64,000 nucleotides of DNA from assembly GCA_047178665.1 (NCBI GenBank), contig JBCQTK010000005.1, positions 8,722 to 72,721 of the forward strand, in the 5' to 3' direction. A program made the position numbers and the translations under genes. Positions 6,870 through 18,486 of this stretch are shown in pieces. Source of the stretch: Rikenellaceae bacterium. Lineage in GTDB: Bacteria; Bacteroidota; Bacteroidia; Bacteroidales; Rikenellaceae. How positions within the stretch are numbered: the stretch's first letter is position 1; every line of letters begins with the position of its first letter. The notes under the pieces were generated by a model that saw only the letters and a program-made list of their open reading frames with translations, ran no database searches and was not told the DNA's origin.

Positions 6870-9626
6870 ATGGATTACAATTTCAAAGATTTAGAGCAGA
6901 AGTGGCAACAGGAGTGGCGCACTCGCAAGACATATAAGGTCGAGATAGATGAGTCTAAACCCAAATTCTATGTACTCGATATGTTCCCCTATCCGTCTGG
7001 CGCAGGTCTGCACGTGGGGCATCCGCTTGGCTACATCGCCTCGGACATCTACACTCGCTACAAGCGTCTATGTGGATTCAACGTCCTCCATCCGATGGGC
7101 TACGACGCCTTTGGTCTCCCTGCCGAGCAGTACGCTATACAGACGGGGCAGCACCCTCGTACGACCACAGATCAGAACATCGCACGATACCGCGAGCAGC
7201 TCGACAAGATCGGCTTCAGCTTCGACTGGGATCGTGAGGTGAAGACCTGTGAGCCAGAGTACTACAAATGGACACAGTGGGCATTCGTCGAGATGTACAA
7301 CCACTACTACAACACTACGACCGAACTCGCAACACCAATCTCGCAGCTAGTCTCGATGTTCGAAACATCTGGTACGGAGGGTGTGACTGCGGCGTGCACG
7401 GCGGATCTGTCGTTCACCGCAGAGGAGTGGGGCGCAATGTCGGAGGCGGAGCGCGAGCTTACACTTCAGAACTATCGCCTGGCGTTCCGCGCCGACACGA
7501 TGGTCAACTGGTGTGCGGAGCTAGGTACGGTTCTCGCCAACGACGAGGTGAAGGAGGGGCTATCGGTGCGCGGTGGATTCCCTGTCGAGCAGAGGCAGAT
7601 GAAGCAGTGGTTGCTGCGTGTCACAGCCTACGCAAAGAGGATGCTAGATGGGCTCGACTCGTTGGAGTGGAGCGAGTCGCTCAAGGAGATACAGCGCAAC
7701 TGGATCGGTAAGTCGGTCGGTGCGCAGGTGTTCTTCGATATCAAGGGTTTCGACGAGAAGTTGGAGATCTTCACCACTCGCCCCGACACGATATATGGCA
7801 CGACGTTTATGGTCATAGCGCCCGAGCACGAGTGGGTCGATATGCTCACTACCTCAGAGAACAAGGGGGCTGTTGAGGCGTATATTGCCGAGACAAAGCG
7901 CCGTTCGGAGAGGGAGCGCATCGCCGACACTAAGCGTGTGAGCGGATGTGCGACAGGGTCGTTTGCGATCAACCCATTCACAGGGAAGGAGATACCGATC
8001 TACATATCAGACTACGTCTTGGCAGGTTACGGAACAGGTGCGATTATGGCTGTCCCTGCACACGACTCGCGCGACTGGGCGTTTGCTCGTCACTTCGGTT
8101 TGGAGATCACCCCCGTTGTCGAGGGTGGTGACATCGAGGAGGCGTCGTACGACGCAAAGTCGGGCACGCTAATCAACTCGGGCGAGCTCAATGGCAAGGA
8201 TGTGAAGGAGGCGATCCAGATAATGTTCGACGAGGTGGAGCGCAGAGGTCTGGGCAAGCGATTTACGAACTACCGCCTGCGCGATGCGATCTTCTCGCGT
8301 CAGAGATATTGGGGCGAGCCATTCCCGATCTACTACAAGGATGATGTGGCGTATCCGCTCACGCTCGACAAGTTGCCGTTGGAGCTACCCTCGATCGAGA
8401 AGTACGCCCCGACAGCACAGGGAGAGCCTCCGTTGGCACGCGCCGAGGGGTGGGCTACCGAGGAGGGGTGGCAGTTTGAGTACTCTACGATGCCTGGTTT
8501 CGCAGGGTCGTCGGCGTACTATTTGAGATATATGGATCCTAAGTGCGACACAGCGCTGGTGAGTCGCGAGGTGAATGAGTATTGGCGAAGTGTAGACCTA
8601 TATGTGGGTGGTATTGAGCACGCTACGGGTCACTTGATGTACTCAAGATTTTGGAATATGTTCCTCTACGACTTGGGTCACGTATGTGAGTCGGAGCCAT
8701 TTAAGAAGCTCGTAAATCAGGGTATGATTCAGGGTCGTTCGAACTTCGTCTATCGTGTTGTGGGGACAAACAAATTCGTGTCGTGTGGCTTGAAGGGCGA
8801 CTATCAGACGCAGGAGATTCACGTCGACGTCAACATCGTCAAGAACGATACACTCGACATCGAGGCGTTCAAGGCGTGGCGCGCAGAGTTTGCCGACGCG
8901 GAGTTCCTCTTGGAGGATGGAAAGTACATCTGCGGTTGGGCTGTCGAGAAGATGTCGAAGTCGATGTATAACGTCGTCAACCCCGATATGATCGTCGAGA
9001 ACTATGGAGCAGATACGTTGCGTATGTATGAGATGTTCTTAGGACCACTAGAGCAGTCGAAGCCCTGGGACACAAATGGAATTGATGGCGTGCATAAGTT
9101 CTTGCGCAAATTCTGGAGACTCTACTTCGACCGCAACGGAGAGCTCGCAATCAACGACGAGGAGCCAACGAAGAAGGAGCTAAAGACGCTGCACAAGACG
9201 ATAAAGAAGATACGCGAGGATATAGAGAACTTCTCGTTCAACACCTCTGTGTCGGCATTTATGATCTGCTTGAACGAGCTAGGCGAGTGCCATAAGCGCT
9301 CTGTCGTAGAGCCTCTTACGCAGCTCATAGCGCCATTTGCACCACATATAGCTGAGGAGTTGTGGCAGACGGCAGGTCACGAGCAGACGGTTTTCGATAG
9401 CGCATACCCTGTGGCGGATGAGTCGCTGTTGGTGGAGAGCGAGTTCGAGTATCCTGTGATGATGAATGGCAAGTTGCGATTCAAGATCACCTACGACCTC
9501 TCGAAAGATCCGCAGGCGATACAGAGCGAGGTGGTGGAGCAGGAGGCTGCGCAGAAGTGGCTGGAGGGCAAAGCGCCGAAGAAGGTGATTGTCGTCAAGG
9601 GCAAGATTATTAATATAGTATATTAA
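6870..9626 (+). CDS. leuS: Leucine--tRNA ligase
   Basis: [14 protein letters not shown] (HIGH), editing-domain FTTRPDT and [17 protein letters not shown]. Confidence 0.98.
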   Translation: MDYNFKDLEQKWQQEWRTRKTYKVEIDESKPKFYVLDMFPYPSGAGLHVGHPLGYIASDIYTRYKRLCGFNVLHPMGYDAFGLPAEQYAIQTGQHPRTTTDQNIARYREQLDKIGFSFDWDREVKTCEPEYYKWTQWAFVEMYNHYYNTTTELATPISQLVSMFETSGTEGVTAACTADLSFTAEEWGAMSEAERELTLQNYRLAFRADTMVNWCAELGTVLANDEVKEGLSVRGGFPVEQRQMKQWLLRVTAYAKRMLDGLDSLEWSESLKEIQRNWIGKSVGAQVFFDIKGFDEKLEIFTTRPDTIYGTTFMVIAPEHEWVDMLTTSENKGAVEAYIAETKRRSERERIADTKRVSGCATGSFAINPFTGKEIPIYISDYVLAGYGTGAIMAVPAHDSRDWAFARHFGLEITPVVEGGDIEEASYDAKSGTLINSGELNGKDVKEAIQIMFDEVERRGLGKRFTNYRLRDAIFSRQRYWGEPFPIYYKDDVAYPLTLDKLPLELPSIEKYAPTAQGEPPLARAEGWATEEGWQFEYSTMPGFAGSSAYYLRYMDPKCDTALVSREVNEYWRSVDLYVGGIEHATGHLMYSRFWNMFLYDLGHVCESEPFKKLVNQGMIQGRSNFVYRVVGTNKFVSCGLKGDYQTQEIHVDVNIVKNDTLDIEAFKAWRAEFADAEFLLEDGKYICGWAVEKMSKSMYNVVNPDMIVENYGADTLRMYEMFLGPLEQSKPWDTNGIDGVHKFLRKFWRLYFDRNGELAINDEEPTKKELKTLHKTIKKIREDIENFSFNTSVSAFMICLNELGECHKRSVVEPLTQLIAPFAPHIAEELWQTAGHEQTVFDSAYPVADESLLVESEFEYPVMMNGKLRFKITYDLSKDPQAIQSEVVEQEAAQKWLEGKAPKKVIVVKGKIINIVY

Positions 9627-9637
9627 CACAGATTGTT

Positions 9638-10528
9638 ATGAAGAGGGTATTTATCGCAACAGTGTCGATCTTGCTGCTATCTATCGTGGCAACCTCAGCG
9701 GCTCTTCCGAAGGGGCGCTTCGCGGAGGATGAGAAGATTAAGATATGGAGTAATAAGAGTGCTCCTCACTCGAATAACTATGAGGGTGAGTTGCGCGAAA
9801 ATACCACTAACCTAATCGGCAATATCACAGAGGCGGAGCTACTTATCTATAAGCCAAAGGGTGAGAATAGGGGCGACAAGGCGGTTGTGATCTGCCCAGG
9901 TGGCGGCTACTCGATCCTCTCGATGATGAATGAGGGGCAGAGGATCGCGGAGTGGTTTGCAGAGAATGGCATCACCGCCGCAGTTGTGGTCTATCGTCTG
10001 CCCAATGGTGTCTGCGAAGTGCCGTCGGAGGATGTGGTGGAGGCGATGCGAATTATGCGCAAGAGAGCCTCGAAGTTGGGCTTTGACCCTCAGAAGTTGG
10101 GCGTCGTAGGATTCTCGGCAGGAGGGCACCTTGCCGCAACTGTCTCGACACTCCCTGCGGACGAGGCGAAACCGAACTTCTCGGTGTTGTTCTACCCCGT
10201 GATTTCGAGCGAGAAGGGGTTGGCTCACGAGGGGTCGTTCAACAATCTGTTGGGCAAGGATCGTACGGCAGAGGAGAGTGCAGAGTATTCGTTGGATCGG
10301 AGGGTCGACGAGACGACGCCCCCTGCAATTCTATTCCATTGCAACGACGACAAGACCGTGAAACCTGTAAATAGCACCCTCTACTACAACGCGTTGAGCC
10401 GCTACCAGCGACACGCAGCCCTCTACATTTTCCCCGAGGGACGACACGGATGGGGCAACAAAGATAGCTTCGAGTATCAGTCGATGTGGCAGAGTCTGCT
10501 GCTCGATTGGATCGAAAAATTAGATTAA
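9638..10528 (+). CDS. Exported alpha/beta hydrolase (acetyl-xylan/feruloyl esterase-like)
   Basis: Signal peptide, CPGGGY oxyanion motif, GFSAGG nucleophile elbow, Asp in DDKTV and His in GRHGWG. Confidence 0.85.
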   Translation: MKRVFIATVSILLLSIVATSAALPKGRFAEDEKIKIWSNKSAPHSNNYEGELRENTTNLIGNITEAELLIYKPKGENRGDKAVVICPGGGYSILSMMNEGQRIAEWFAENGITAAVVVYRLPNGVCEVPSEDVVEAMRIMRKRASKLGFDPQKLGVVGFSAGGHLAATVSTLPADEAKPNFSVLFYPVISSEKGLAHEGSFNNLLGKDRTAEESAEYSLDRRVDETTPPAILFHCNDDKTVKPVNSTLYYNALSRYQRHAALYIFPEGRHGWGNKDSFEYQSMWQSLLLDWIEKLD

Positions 10529-10554
10529 AACATAAAATAAATTAAGAATAAAAG

Positions 10555-11643
10555 ATGGCAGACAACTCAATTTTGATGCGCCTAGATGGGCTAAAACTAA
10601 AGTTCGAGGAGATCTCGGAGAAGCTCACCGACCCCGAAGTTATCGCCGACGTGAAGCTATTCACGCAGCTTCTCAAAGATTTCAAGGAGCTACAACCGAT
10701 CATCGAGACATCGGATAAGTTCCGTACGGCACTCGCAAATTTGGCGGAGGCGAAGGATATTCTCGCCAACGAGAAGGATGAGGAGTTCCGCGAGATTGCG
10801 CGCGAGGAGCTGACTACGCTGGAGCCTGTTATCGAGAGATTGGAGGAGGAGATCAAGCTTCTACTTGTCCCCAAAGATCCGCAGGACAACAAGAACGCCA
10901 TAGTCGAGATCCGTGGCGGTACGGGCGGCGATGAGGCTGCAATCTTCGCAGGTGACTTGTTGAGAATGTATATGAAGTATGTCGAGACAAAGGGCTGGAA
11001 GCACGAGATAACAAGCACCTCGGAGGGTACTTCGGGAGGCTTCAAGGAGGTCGTGATGAAGGTGTCGGGCAACAATGTATATGGTACGTTGAAGTATGAG
11101 TCGGGTGTGCACCGCGTGCAGCGTGTGCCGCAGACCGAGACGCAGGGACGCGTACACACCTCTGCCGCGTCGGTCGCTGTGTTGCCCGAGGCGGAGGAGT
11201 TCGACATCGAGGTGTCGATGAACGACATCCGCAAGGATACATACTGCTCGTCGGGTCCTGGTGGTCAGTCGGTCAACACGACCTACTCGGCTGTGCGATT
11301 GACCCACATTCCGTCGGGTATTGTGGTGCAGTGTCAGGATCAGAAGTCGCAGCTAAAGAACTTCGACAAGGCGTTTGAGGAGCTCCGCACACGTATCTTC
11401 AACTTGGAGTATCAGAAGTATCTGGACGAGATTGCGTCGAAGCGTAAGACCCTCGTCTCTACTGGCGATAGGTCGGCAAAGATCCGCACCTACAACTACC
11501 CACAGGGGCGTATCACAGACCACCGCATCAACTTCACGATCTACAATCTGTCGGCATTTATGGATGGTGACATCCAGGGTGTTATCGACGAGTTGATCGT
11601 CGCAGAGAACGCCGAGCGTCTCAAGGAGAGCGAACTACAATAG
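10555..11643 (+). CDS. prfA: Peptide chain release factor 1
   Basis: GTGGDEA, PQT (PxT) specificity motif, [15 protein letters not shown]. Confidence 0.98.
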   Translation: MADNSILMRLDGLKLKFEEISEKLTDPEVIADVKLFTQLLKDFKELQPIIETSDKFRTALANLAEAKDILANEKDEEFREIAREELTTLEPVIERLEEEIKLLLVPKDPQDNKNAIVEIRGGTGGDEAAIFAGDLLRMYMKYVETKGWKHEITSTSEGTSGGFKEVVMKVSGNNVYGTLKYESGVHRVQRVPQTETQGRVHTSAASVAVLPEAEEFDIEVSMNDIRKDTYCSSGPGGQSVNTTYSAVRLTHIPSGIVVQCQDQKSQLKNFDKAFEELRTRIFNLEYQKYLDEIASKRKTLVSTGDRSAKIRTYNYPQGRITDHRINFTIYNLSAFMDGDIQGVIDELIVAENAERLKESELQ

Positions 11644-11654
11644 TTACTAAAGAG

Positions 11655-12911
11655 ATGGCAAAAATCGCTCCACAACACATCACACTGTCGCAGCTACAAC
11701 GCTCAATCCAGGAGGTCGTTGTGGAGCGATTTGCGTTGCCACTCTGGATCAGTGCGGAGCTGTCGGATCTGAAGGTCAACGGCTCGGGACACTGCTACTT
11801 GGAGCTTGTCGAGAAGGGTGAGAGCGACGGTGTGGCAAAGGCGCAGGTGAGGGGCGTGATGTGGCGTGCTGCCTATGGCGCTATCGCCGCTAAGTTCGAG
11901 GCTGCGACAGGTGCAAAGCTGACGCGCGGAATAAAGATATTGGCGAAGGTGCTAGTTACATATCACGAGCTCTACGGTATGTCGCTGCAGATCACCGACA
12001 TCGACCCCACATATACGATTGGCGAGGTGGAACGACAGCGCCAGGAGGCTATTGCGAGGCTCAAATCGAATGGTTCGTGGGATGTGAATCGTGGAGTGCC
12101 TATGCCGACATTGGTGCAGCGTGTCGCTGTTGTGTCGAGTGCGCAGGCGGCAGGTTATCAGGACTTTATGCGCGAGCTGGGGGCTTGCCCCTATCACATT
12201 GCGACGACTCTTTTTGAGGCGACGATGCAGGGTCTGGCAGCAGAGGAGTCGATCATTGCAGCACTCATCGAGATCGCCAACCGACGCGAAGAGTTCGATG
12301 TTGTGGTGGTGATACGTGGCGGTGGGTCGACGAACGATCTGCGCTGCTTCGACTCCTATCGTTTGGCGCTTCACTTTGCGCGTTTTCCGCGTCCTGTCAT
12401 CGCCGGCATTGGGCACGACAAGGATACGAGTGTGGTCGATATGGTTGCCCACACCTCGCTCAAGACGCCGACGGCTGTGGCAGGGTGGTTCTACGAGAGG
12501 ATGCTCTCGCTCGACGGGTGGTTGCAGAGTGCGGCGCAGGAGCTGCATCGCACGACACTAGAGCGTACGCAGGGCGAGAAGATTGCGCTCGAAGGGTACT
12601 ATAAGGAGATCGCAACGAGGTGTGAGGAGCGCGTGAATCGTGAGAAACGCGAACTCGTCGAGAGGGTGTTGTCACTCCCCGACCTCGCTTGTAATAGGCT
12701 CTCGCAGGCTCAAAAAGAGCTCGACAATAGAGCTGCGTTGATCGAGGGATTCTCGCCGCGCAGACTCCTAGAGTTGGGCTTTGCGGTGGCGAGGAGTGGT
12801 GATCGAGCGCTTCGTTCGGTGGACGAGGTCGAGCAGGGTAGCACTGTGAATATAGAGTTTATAGATGGTACGATAGAGAGTGAAGTAAAGAGAATATGGA
12901 GAAGAAATTAA
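11655..12911 (+). CDS. xseA: Exodeoxyribonuclease VII large subunit
   Basis: SGHCYLEL OB fold, RGGGS, GIGHDKD, KTPTA. Confidence 0.95.
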   Translation: MAKIAPQHITLSQLQRSIQEVVVERFALPLWISAELSDLKVNGSGHCYLELVEKGESDGVAKAQVRGVMWRAAYGAIAAKFEAATGAKLTRGIKILAKVLVTYHELYGMSLQITDIDPTYTIGEVERQRQEAIARLKSNGSWDVNRGVPMPTLVQRVAVVSSAQAAGYQDFMRELGACPYHIATTLFEATMQGLAAEESIIAALIEIANRREEFDVVVVIRGGGSTNDLRCFDSYRLALHFARFPRPVIAGIGHDKDTSVVDMVAHTSLKTPTAVAGWFYERMLSLDGWLQSAAQELHRTTLERTQGEKIALEGYYKEIATRCEERVNREKRELVERVLSLPDLACNRLSQAQKELDNRAALIEGFSPRRLLELGFAVARSGDRALRSVDEVEQGSTVNIEFIDGTIESEVKRIWRRN

Positions 12912-13081
12912 CATACGACGAGGCGACGGAGCAGATAGAGTCGATCCTCGCGAAACTACGCAACAACGAGATCTCGATCGACGAGCTCTCCGCAGAGGTG
13001 AAGCGTGCGACAGAGCTGATAACGATCTGCCGCAATCGTCTGCTGCACTCCGAGGAGGAGCTAAAGAAGATTTTGGAGTAG
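12896..13081 (+). CDS. xseB: Exodeoxyribonuclease VII small subunit
   Basis: 61 aa with the TYDEATEQIESI...SIDEL helical pattern, directly after xseA. Confidence 0.92.
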   Translation: MEKKLTYDEATEQIESILAKLRNNEISIDELSAEVKRATELITICRNRLLHSEEELKKILE

Positions 13082-13088
13082 GGTAGCG

Positions 13089-13853
13089 ATGAAAGGATTT
13101 ATCCACTGGCTACTCAACCACGTCCCACGCCCTCTGATGCAGCGCGTGGCGAGCCTTGGCGTCCCAATGATGGGTCTGCTCTATCGTGGTCGGGGGCGCG
13201 AATGTACTATCTGTGGGTCGCGGTGGCGGAAGTTTATGCCCTACGGATATGTGACAGTCAGGGAGGAGGCGTTGTGTCCGAACTGCCTCTCGTTGGAGCG
13301 TCACAGGCTGCTGTGGCTCTGGATGGTGATGCACACCGACCTGCTGCGTGGCGGCGCAAAGATACTCCACATTGCACCCGAGGTGTCGATTATGAAGCGT
13401 CTGCGCAAGATCTGCGGTGCGGAGTATGTGACAGCCGACCTGGAGAGCCCACTTGCCGATCTGCACTTCGACGTGCAGGATATTCCGCTAGAGGAGTCGT
13501 CGGTCGACATCATCCTCTGCAACCACATTATGGAGCATATTGAGGATGATCGACGAGCGATGCGTGAGCTCCATCGTGTGCTGCGACCAGGCGGATGGGG
13601 TGTGATCCTCGTTCCGATGGATGAGGAGCGCGACCATACTTTTGAGGATGACAGCGTGACAGACGAGGCTGAGCGAACTCGTATCTTTGGGCAGTACGAC
13701 CACCGCAGAGTCTATGGGCGCGACTATGCAGATCGTCTGCGTGAGTCGGGATTCGAAGTCGACGCTATTGACTTCTACTCGCAGCTGCGCAAGCCCGAAC
13801 GACTATTCTATGGCGTGAAGAACGAGACGATCTATCGAGTCACCAAACACTAG
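13089..13853 (+). CDS. Class I SAM-dependent methyltransferase with N-terminal CxxC...CxxC
   Basis: CTIC...CPNC, LHIAPE, CNHIMEHI, RVLRPGG. Confidence 0.85.
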   Translation: MKGFIHWLLNHVPRPLMQRVASLGVPMMGLLYRGRGRECTICGSRWRKFMPYGYVTVREEALCPNCLSLERHRLLWLWMVMHTDLLRGGAKILHIAPEVSIMKRLRKICGAEYVTADLESPLADLHFDVQDIPLEESSVDIILCNHIMEHIEDDRRAMRELHRVLRPGGWGVILVPMDEERDHTFEDDSVTDEAERTRIFGQYDHRRVYGRDYADRLRESGFEVDAIDFYSQLRKPERLFYGVKNETIYRVTKH

Positions 13854-13891
13854 TTCCAACGCCCTCGATAAGGTTAGGGTAGATAAGAAAA

Positions 13892-13939
13892 TAAGGTATA
13901 GAGCTTTATGAAAGAAAACTTTCAACGCTCTATACCTTA
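13892..13939. terminator. Inverted repeat between the convergent methyltransferase and ahcY genes
   Basis: TAAGGTATAGAGC (13892-13904) pairs with GCTCTATACCTTA (13927-13939), with an inner TGAAAG/CTTTCA stem. Confidence 0.7.
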
Positions 13940-13943
13940 ATCT

Positions 13944-15353
13944 CTAGTATCTGTAGTGGTCGGGTTTGTATGGTCCCTGCTTCGCTACACCGATGTACTC
14001 AGCCTGCTCTGTGCTGAGCTCCGTGAGCTCCACGCCAAGGCTCTTGAGGTGGAGGCGTGCAACCTCCTCGTCGAGCTCTTTGCTGAGGCGATATACACCC
14101 ACTGCGTGCTCCTTCTGCCATAACTCGATCTGCGCCAGACACTGGTTGGTGAATGAGTTGCTCATAACGAACGAGGGGTGTCCTGTTGCGCAACCGAGGT
14201 TGACAAGTCTACCCTCTGCGAGGATGAAGATCGAACGACCGCTCTCGAATGTATATTTGTCGACCTGTGGTTTGATGTTCTGGCGCACTGCTGTCGACTC
14301 CTCTAGGCGCGACATCTGGATCTCGTTGTCGAAGTGTCCGATGTTGCAGACGATAGCCTGGTCGCGCATCTGCTCCATATGGTCGAGGGTGATGATGTCG
14401 CGATTACCCGTGCAGGTTACGTAGATGTTACCCTCCGCAAGTGCCGACTCGATAGACTTCACCTCATATCCCTCCATCGCCGCCTGTAGAGCACAGATAG
14501 GGTCGATCTCCGTTACGATAACTCGTGCTCCGTACGAACGCAACGACGCAGCACAACCCTTGCCCACGTCGCCATAGCCACACACCACAGCCACCTTGCC
14601 TGCTACCATCACATCTGTCGCGCGCTTGATGCCGTCGACCAACGACTCGCGGCAGCCATAGAGATTGTCGAACTTCGACTTGGTGCAGGAGTCGTTGACG
14701 TTGATTGCAGGTATGAGCAACTCGCCCGCCTGCTCCATCTGGTAGAGTCGGTGAACGCCAGTCGTAGTCTCCTCGCTCACGCCGCGCCACTCTGCGACGG
14801 TGCGACCCCACTTCGTCGAGTCCTCCTTCAGCAGCTCCGATAGTGTAGACAATATCACAGCCTCCTCGTGCGACGAGGGGGTGTAGTCGAGTGTCGAGGC
14901 GTCGCGCTCTGCCGCAAAACCCTTATGGATGAGTAGGGTAGCGTCGCCACCATCATCGACAATAAGCTGCGGGCCTTCACCCTTGGGGAACGATAGCGCC
15001 ATCGCCGTGCACCACCAATACTCCTCCAACGACTCGCCCTTCCACGCAAAGACGGGTACGCCGCTCGCTGCAATAGCTGCCGCCGCGTGATCCTGCGTCG
15101 AGAATACGTTGCACGAACACCACCTCACATCTGCGCCGAGCTCAACGAGTGTCTCGATCAATATCGCTGTCTGGATGGTCATATGCAACGACCCCATTAC
15201 GCGGACGCCCTGCAGAGGCTTCTCCGCTCCATACTTTGCGCGCACTGCCATCAATCCAGGCATCTCCTGCTCCGACACCTCAATCTCCTTACGACCCCAC
15301 TCTGCGAGGCTAATATCCGCCACCTTGTAGGGGATAGATAGATCTAAAAACAT
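13944..15353 (-). CDS. ahcY: Adenosylhomocysteinase
   Basis: [48 protein letters not shown]. Confidence 0.98.
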   Translation of the reverse strand: MFLDLSIPYKVADISLAEWGRKEIEVSEQEMPGLMAVRAKYGAEKPLQGVRVMGSLHMTIQTAILIETLVELGADVRWCSCNVFSTQDHAAAAIAASGVPVFAWKGESLEEYWWCTAMALSFPKGEGPQLIVDDGGDATLLIHKGFAAERDASTLDYTPSSHEEAVILSTLSELLKEDSTKWGRTVAEWRGVSEETTTGVHRLYQMEQAGELLIPAINVNDSCTKSKFDNLYGCRESLVDGIKRATDVMVAGKVAVVCGYGDVGKGCAASLRSYGARVIVTEIDPICALQAAMEGYEVKSIESALAEGNIYVTCTGNRDIITLDHMEQMRDQAIVCNIGHFDNEIQMSRLEESTAVRQNIKPQVDKYTFESGRSIFILAEGRLVNLGCATGHPSFVMSNSFTNQCLAQIELWQKEHAVGVYRLSKELDEEVARLHLKSLGVELTELSTEQAEYIGVAKQGPYKPDHYRY

Positions 15354-15383
15354 AATTCTTCCTATTTTTATTTGTTCTGTTTG

Positions 15384-15746
15384 TTATCTTCTTACTCTGC
15401 TTCGCGCCATCGCAACGTCGTTCACAATCTGTTGGCGTAGTGCCTCGATGCTCTCGAATCGGATCTCTCCACGTAGCCACTCGCACAGCTCAATCCTAAT
15501 CTGCTTACCATATATGTCGCCCTCGAAATCGAGAATGTGACACTCTAAACGTCGCGGCACCTCGCCCACAGTGGGGTTTACGCCCACATTCGAGAGCCCA
15601 TCGTAGAGCTCGCCACCGACCCACACACGCGACAGATAGACCCCTCCGCGCAGTGAGCCGCAACCTTGCAAATTTACATTCGCCGTCGGAAATCCTAGCT
15701 CGTGACCCATTCGTCGACCCTCGACAACAACACCCTCGACAACCAT
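15384..15746 (-). CDS. Stand-alone riboflavin kinase (flavokinase domain only)
   Basis: GxVVxG..LGFPTAN, NVGVNPT, LECH, LRGEIRF. At 120 aa it has no FAD synthetase domain. Confidence 0.88.
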   Translation of the reverse strand: MVVEGVVVEGRRMGHELGFPTANVNLQGCGSLRGGVYLSRVWVGGELYDGLSNVGVNPTVGEVPRRLECHILDFEGDIYGKQIRIELCEWLRGEIRFESIEALRQQIVNDVAMARSRVRR

Positions 15747-15748
15747 TT

Positions 15749-16876
15749 TTATAGCTCCTTAGTGAGTTTGCGAACCAACGAAAACTGCGAGAAAAACTCC
15801 TTCGCAAAGACTCTCAGCACCGTGTAGGAGGGGATGGCGAGCAACATACCCAACACCCCAGCTACGTAGCCCGACATTAAGATCACTATAAAGACCTCCA
15901 GCGGATGTGCCTTCACCCTCTCCGAGTAGAGAGTCGGCTGCAGCAGGAAGTCGTCAACTCCCTTGATAAGACTCAGCGAGAAGATGATGGCAACGATCGT
16001 GTTGACAACACCCATCCCCTCAATCGGCGTCACAACGCCCAAAAAGAGCGAGCAGCACGCCCCCAAGAAGGGTCCTGCGTAGGGGATTACGTTGAGAACA
16101 CCCATCACAACACCCATAAAGAGTGCATCCGTACTCTTCATTCCGAAGCAGATCATCGCAATGCTAACAGCCGACGCAACCAACGCACTCTCGCAGATAA
16201 GACCCACAAAGTAGCGCGACAGAAGATAGGTGATCGAGTCCAACGCACGCAACACACTCTCCTCGTAGCTTGACGGGAAGAGGGAGCTGACCATCGAGTA
16301 GAAGAGCTTCTCGTCCTTCAGAAAGAAGAAGGTGATGAACGACACTGAGAAGAACGATATGACGAACCACGCCGCACCCCCAACAATCGACCCTAGAAAC
16401 GAATTTACACTCTCCACATCAATCAGGTTTGCACCCCACTTGGAGAGCATATCGCTCAGCGAAAAGTTGCTCTCGGGCATCGAGAATAGCTGCTGTATGT
16501 AGTGCTGAACATATAGTATTGGCTCCTCGATTGTGCTCATCGTAGCCCCAAAATCGAGCGACTCCAGCTGATAGAACTTGCTGAATATCAGAGGCAACAG
16601 CGCAGAGCAAATAGCCACAAAGAGCGCCCAGATGATAAAGAGCGTCAACGTTGCGCCAAACTTACGCCCCACCACCCAGCGTCCGACACTCATCCTCGAC
16701 AGTACACCCACCAACGGGCGGAACATAATCGCCAACACTGCCGACAACAATATGTAGATAACGATCTCCGAGAAGAACCACAACAACGAAACGACCGCCG
16801 CAACGCAAGCTACGACGATCAAAAACTTTATGACACTCTCGATTGAGAATATTGTTCTATTTTGCTCTGGCGACAT
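15749..16876 (-). CDS. AI-2E (PerM) family transporter
   Basis: Multi-TM protein with NVIPYAGP, LQP, HPLEV and GMLLAIP motifs. Confidence 0.9.
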   Translation of the reverse strand: MSPEQNRTIFSIESVIKFLIVVACVAAVVSLLWFFSEIVIYILLSAVLAIMFRPLVGVLSRMSVGRWVVGRKFGATLTLFIIWALFVAICSALLPLIFSKFYQLESLDFGATMSTIEEPILYVQHYIQQLFSMPESNFSLSDMLSKWGANLIDVESVNSFLGSIVGGAAWFVISFFSVSFITFFFLKDEKLFYSMVSSLFPSSYEESVLRALDSITYLLSRYFVGLICESALVASAVSIAMICFGMKSTDALFMGVVMGVLNVIPYAGPFLGACCSLFLGVVTPIEGMGVVNTIVAIIFSLSLIKGVDDFLLQPTLYSERVKAHPLEVFIVILMSGYVAGVLGMLLAIPSYTVLRVFAKEFFSQFSLVRKLTKEL

Positions 16877-16931
16877 ACTATAATTATTTACTATGTTTGA
16901 GAGTTAAGGAGCTATATGGCTCGCGACAACT

Positions 16932-17597
16932 CTATCGTAGTCGCACGATCGGGGTCTGCGATCCGACAACTCTGTCGCCAATCTCCACTAGTAGCTCGCT
17001 CCCCTTGGGTACATAGATGTCTACGCGCGAACCAAACTTGATGAAGCCGAAGATACTATTCTGATCGATCGACTTGCCCACTTTCATATACGACACAATG
17101 CGTCGCGCAATGAGACCAGCAACCTGGCGAAAGAGAATCTTCTCGCCACTCTTCATCCTAACGACAGTGGTTGTCCTCTCATTCTCAGTCGACGACTTGG
17201 GGTGCCACGCCGCGAGGAAACGTCCGTGGTGGTGCTGGAAGTACTCCACCACACCTGCTACGGGCGACCAGTTGACGTGCACATTTGTGATCGACATAAA
17301 GATCGAGATCTGCATAACCTCACACTTCAGATACTCATCCTCGTAGACCGCCTCTGTCACAACAACACGTCCATCGCAGGGCGAAAAGAGCAACTCGGGG
17401 TCGTGGATCTTAACTCGTCGCGGCTCGCGAAAGAACGCCACAACGAAGAACCAGAATAACAAAAATATGATAGTGCCAAACCACAAAATGCTCATCGACT
17501 CATCTTGGCAGAGCATCGTGTAGAAGCCATACCACAACGCGAAACAGAGCGCCCCCGTGATACCTATAATCTTATAACCCTCTTTATTTATCTTCAT
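16932..17597 (-). CDS. psd: Phosphatidylserine decarboxylase proenzyme
   Basis: FFREP, SPCDG, NVHVN and the FGSRVD self-cleavage site. Confidence 0.95.
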   Translation of the reverse strand: MKINKEGYKIIGITGALCFALWYGFYTMLCQDESMSILWFGTIIFLLFWFFVVAFFREPRRVKIHDPELLFSPCDGRVVVTEAVYEDEYLKCEVMQISIFMSITNVHVNWSPVAGVVEYFQHHHGRFLAAWHPKSSTENERTTTVVRMKSGEKILFRQVAGLIARRIVSYMKVGKSIDQNSIFGFIKFGSRVDIYVPKGSELLVEIGDRVVGSQTPIVRLR

Positions 17598-17633
17598 CGC
17601 ACAATATATTTATACGTTAAACACAGAAGCCAA

Positions 17634-18479
17634 CTAGTGGCTATTCATCAATATCAAGTAGACGAGCGCAAATGGCGCCGAGAAGATGAAGCTGTCGAAC
17701 CTGTCGAGCAATCCTCCGTGACCTGGCAGCGCACCCCCCGAGTCCTTCACCTCGCAGCTACGCTTAAACATCGACTCCACAAGGTCGCCTACGCAACCCA
17801 TAACCGATAGCACTATAGCCAACCCAATCCACACCAGATAGCTGCCCGAGGTGAAGTAAGCTGCAGCGCACGACATCAATATCGACCCTGCGACACCACC
17901 GAAGAAACCCTCCCAACTCTTCTTGGGCGAGATCTCCTCGTTGAGCTTGTGGCGCCCAATGTTGACACCCACCAAGTAGGCAAACGAGTCGTTGCTCCAC
18001 ACCACGAAGAGGTAGAAGATCATAATCCACGGATTCCACACACCCTTCGACATAAGCAGCGGTACGCCCGCCAACATAGCCATCGGTAGCGATATGTAGA
18101 CTATCCCCAGCAGTGTCGAACCAATGTTCTCCAGTGGTCGGCTCGCTTTGCCGCGGCAGAGCTCCGCCACAAAAATAAGGGGTATGAGAATTAGTAGAAA
18201 GAGAATCAGCGGGATGGTGTACGCATTATTGTTGTAGAAATAGTCGAACCCAAACGCTACTATCGCTGTCGCAGCTGCGTAGCCTGCAAATAGCTGCGGC
18301 TTAAATCCGTTGTTCTCCTGATACATACGGTAGAACTCGCGCAACGCCCCCAACGTGATGGCTAGCAGCAGGACACCAAAACCCCAGTAGGAGTGATAGA
18401 TCGCACCCACTGCGCAGATAGCCAACAGTGCGCCGCTCAGCGCACGTGTCAAAAGATTTGGTACTCCACTCTTATCCAT
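17634..18479 (-). CDS. cdsA: Phosphatidate cytidylyltransferase
   Basis: ISPKKSWEG, GDLVESMFKR, PGHGGLLDRFD. Confidence 0.96.
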   Translation of the reverse strand: MDKSGVPNLLTRALSGALLAICAVGAIYHSYWGFGVLLLAITLGALREFYRMYQENNGFKPQLFAGYAAATAIVAFGFDYFYNNNAYTIPLILFLLILIPLIFVAELCRGKASRPLENIGSTLLGIVYISLPMAMLAGVPLLMSKGVWNPWIMIFYLFVVWSNDSFAYLVGVNIGRHKLNEEISPKKSWEGFFGGVAGSILMSCAAAYFTSGSYLVWIGLAIVLSVMGCVGDLVESMFKRSCEVKDSGGALPGHGGLLDRFDSFIFSAPFALVYLILMNSH

Positions 18480-18486
18480 CGTAATA

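Noticed and set aside
15354-15383. SAH/SAM riboswitch ahead of ahcY
   Set aside because: The spacer is only 30 nt and AT-rich; there is no room for a riboswitch.
13944-16876. AI-2 quorum-sensing module (AI-2E transporter plus SAH metabolism)
   Set aside because: AhcY bypasses the Pfs/LuxS route that makes AI-2, and AI-2E family membership does not specify the substrate.
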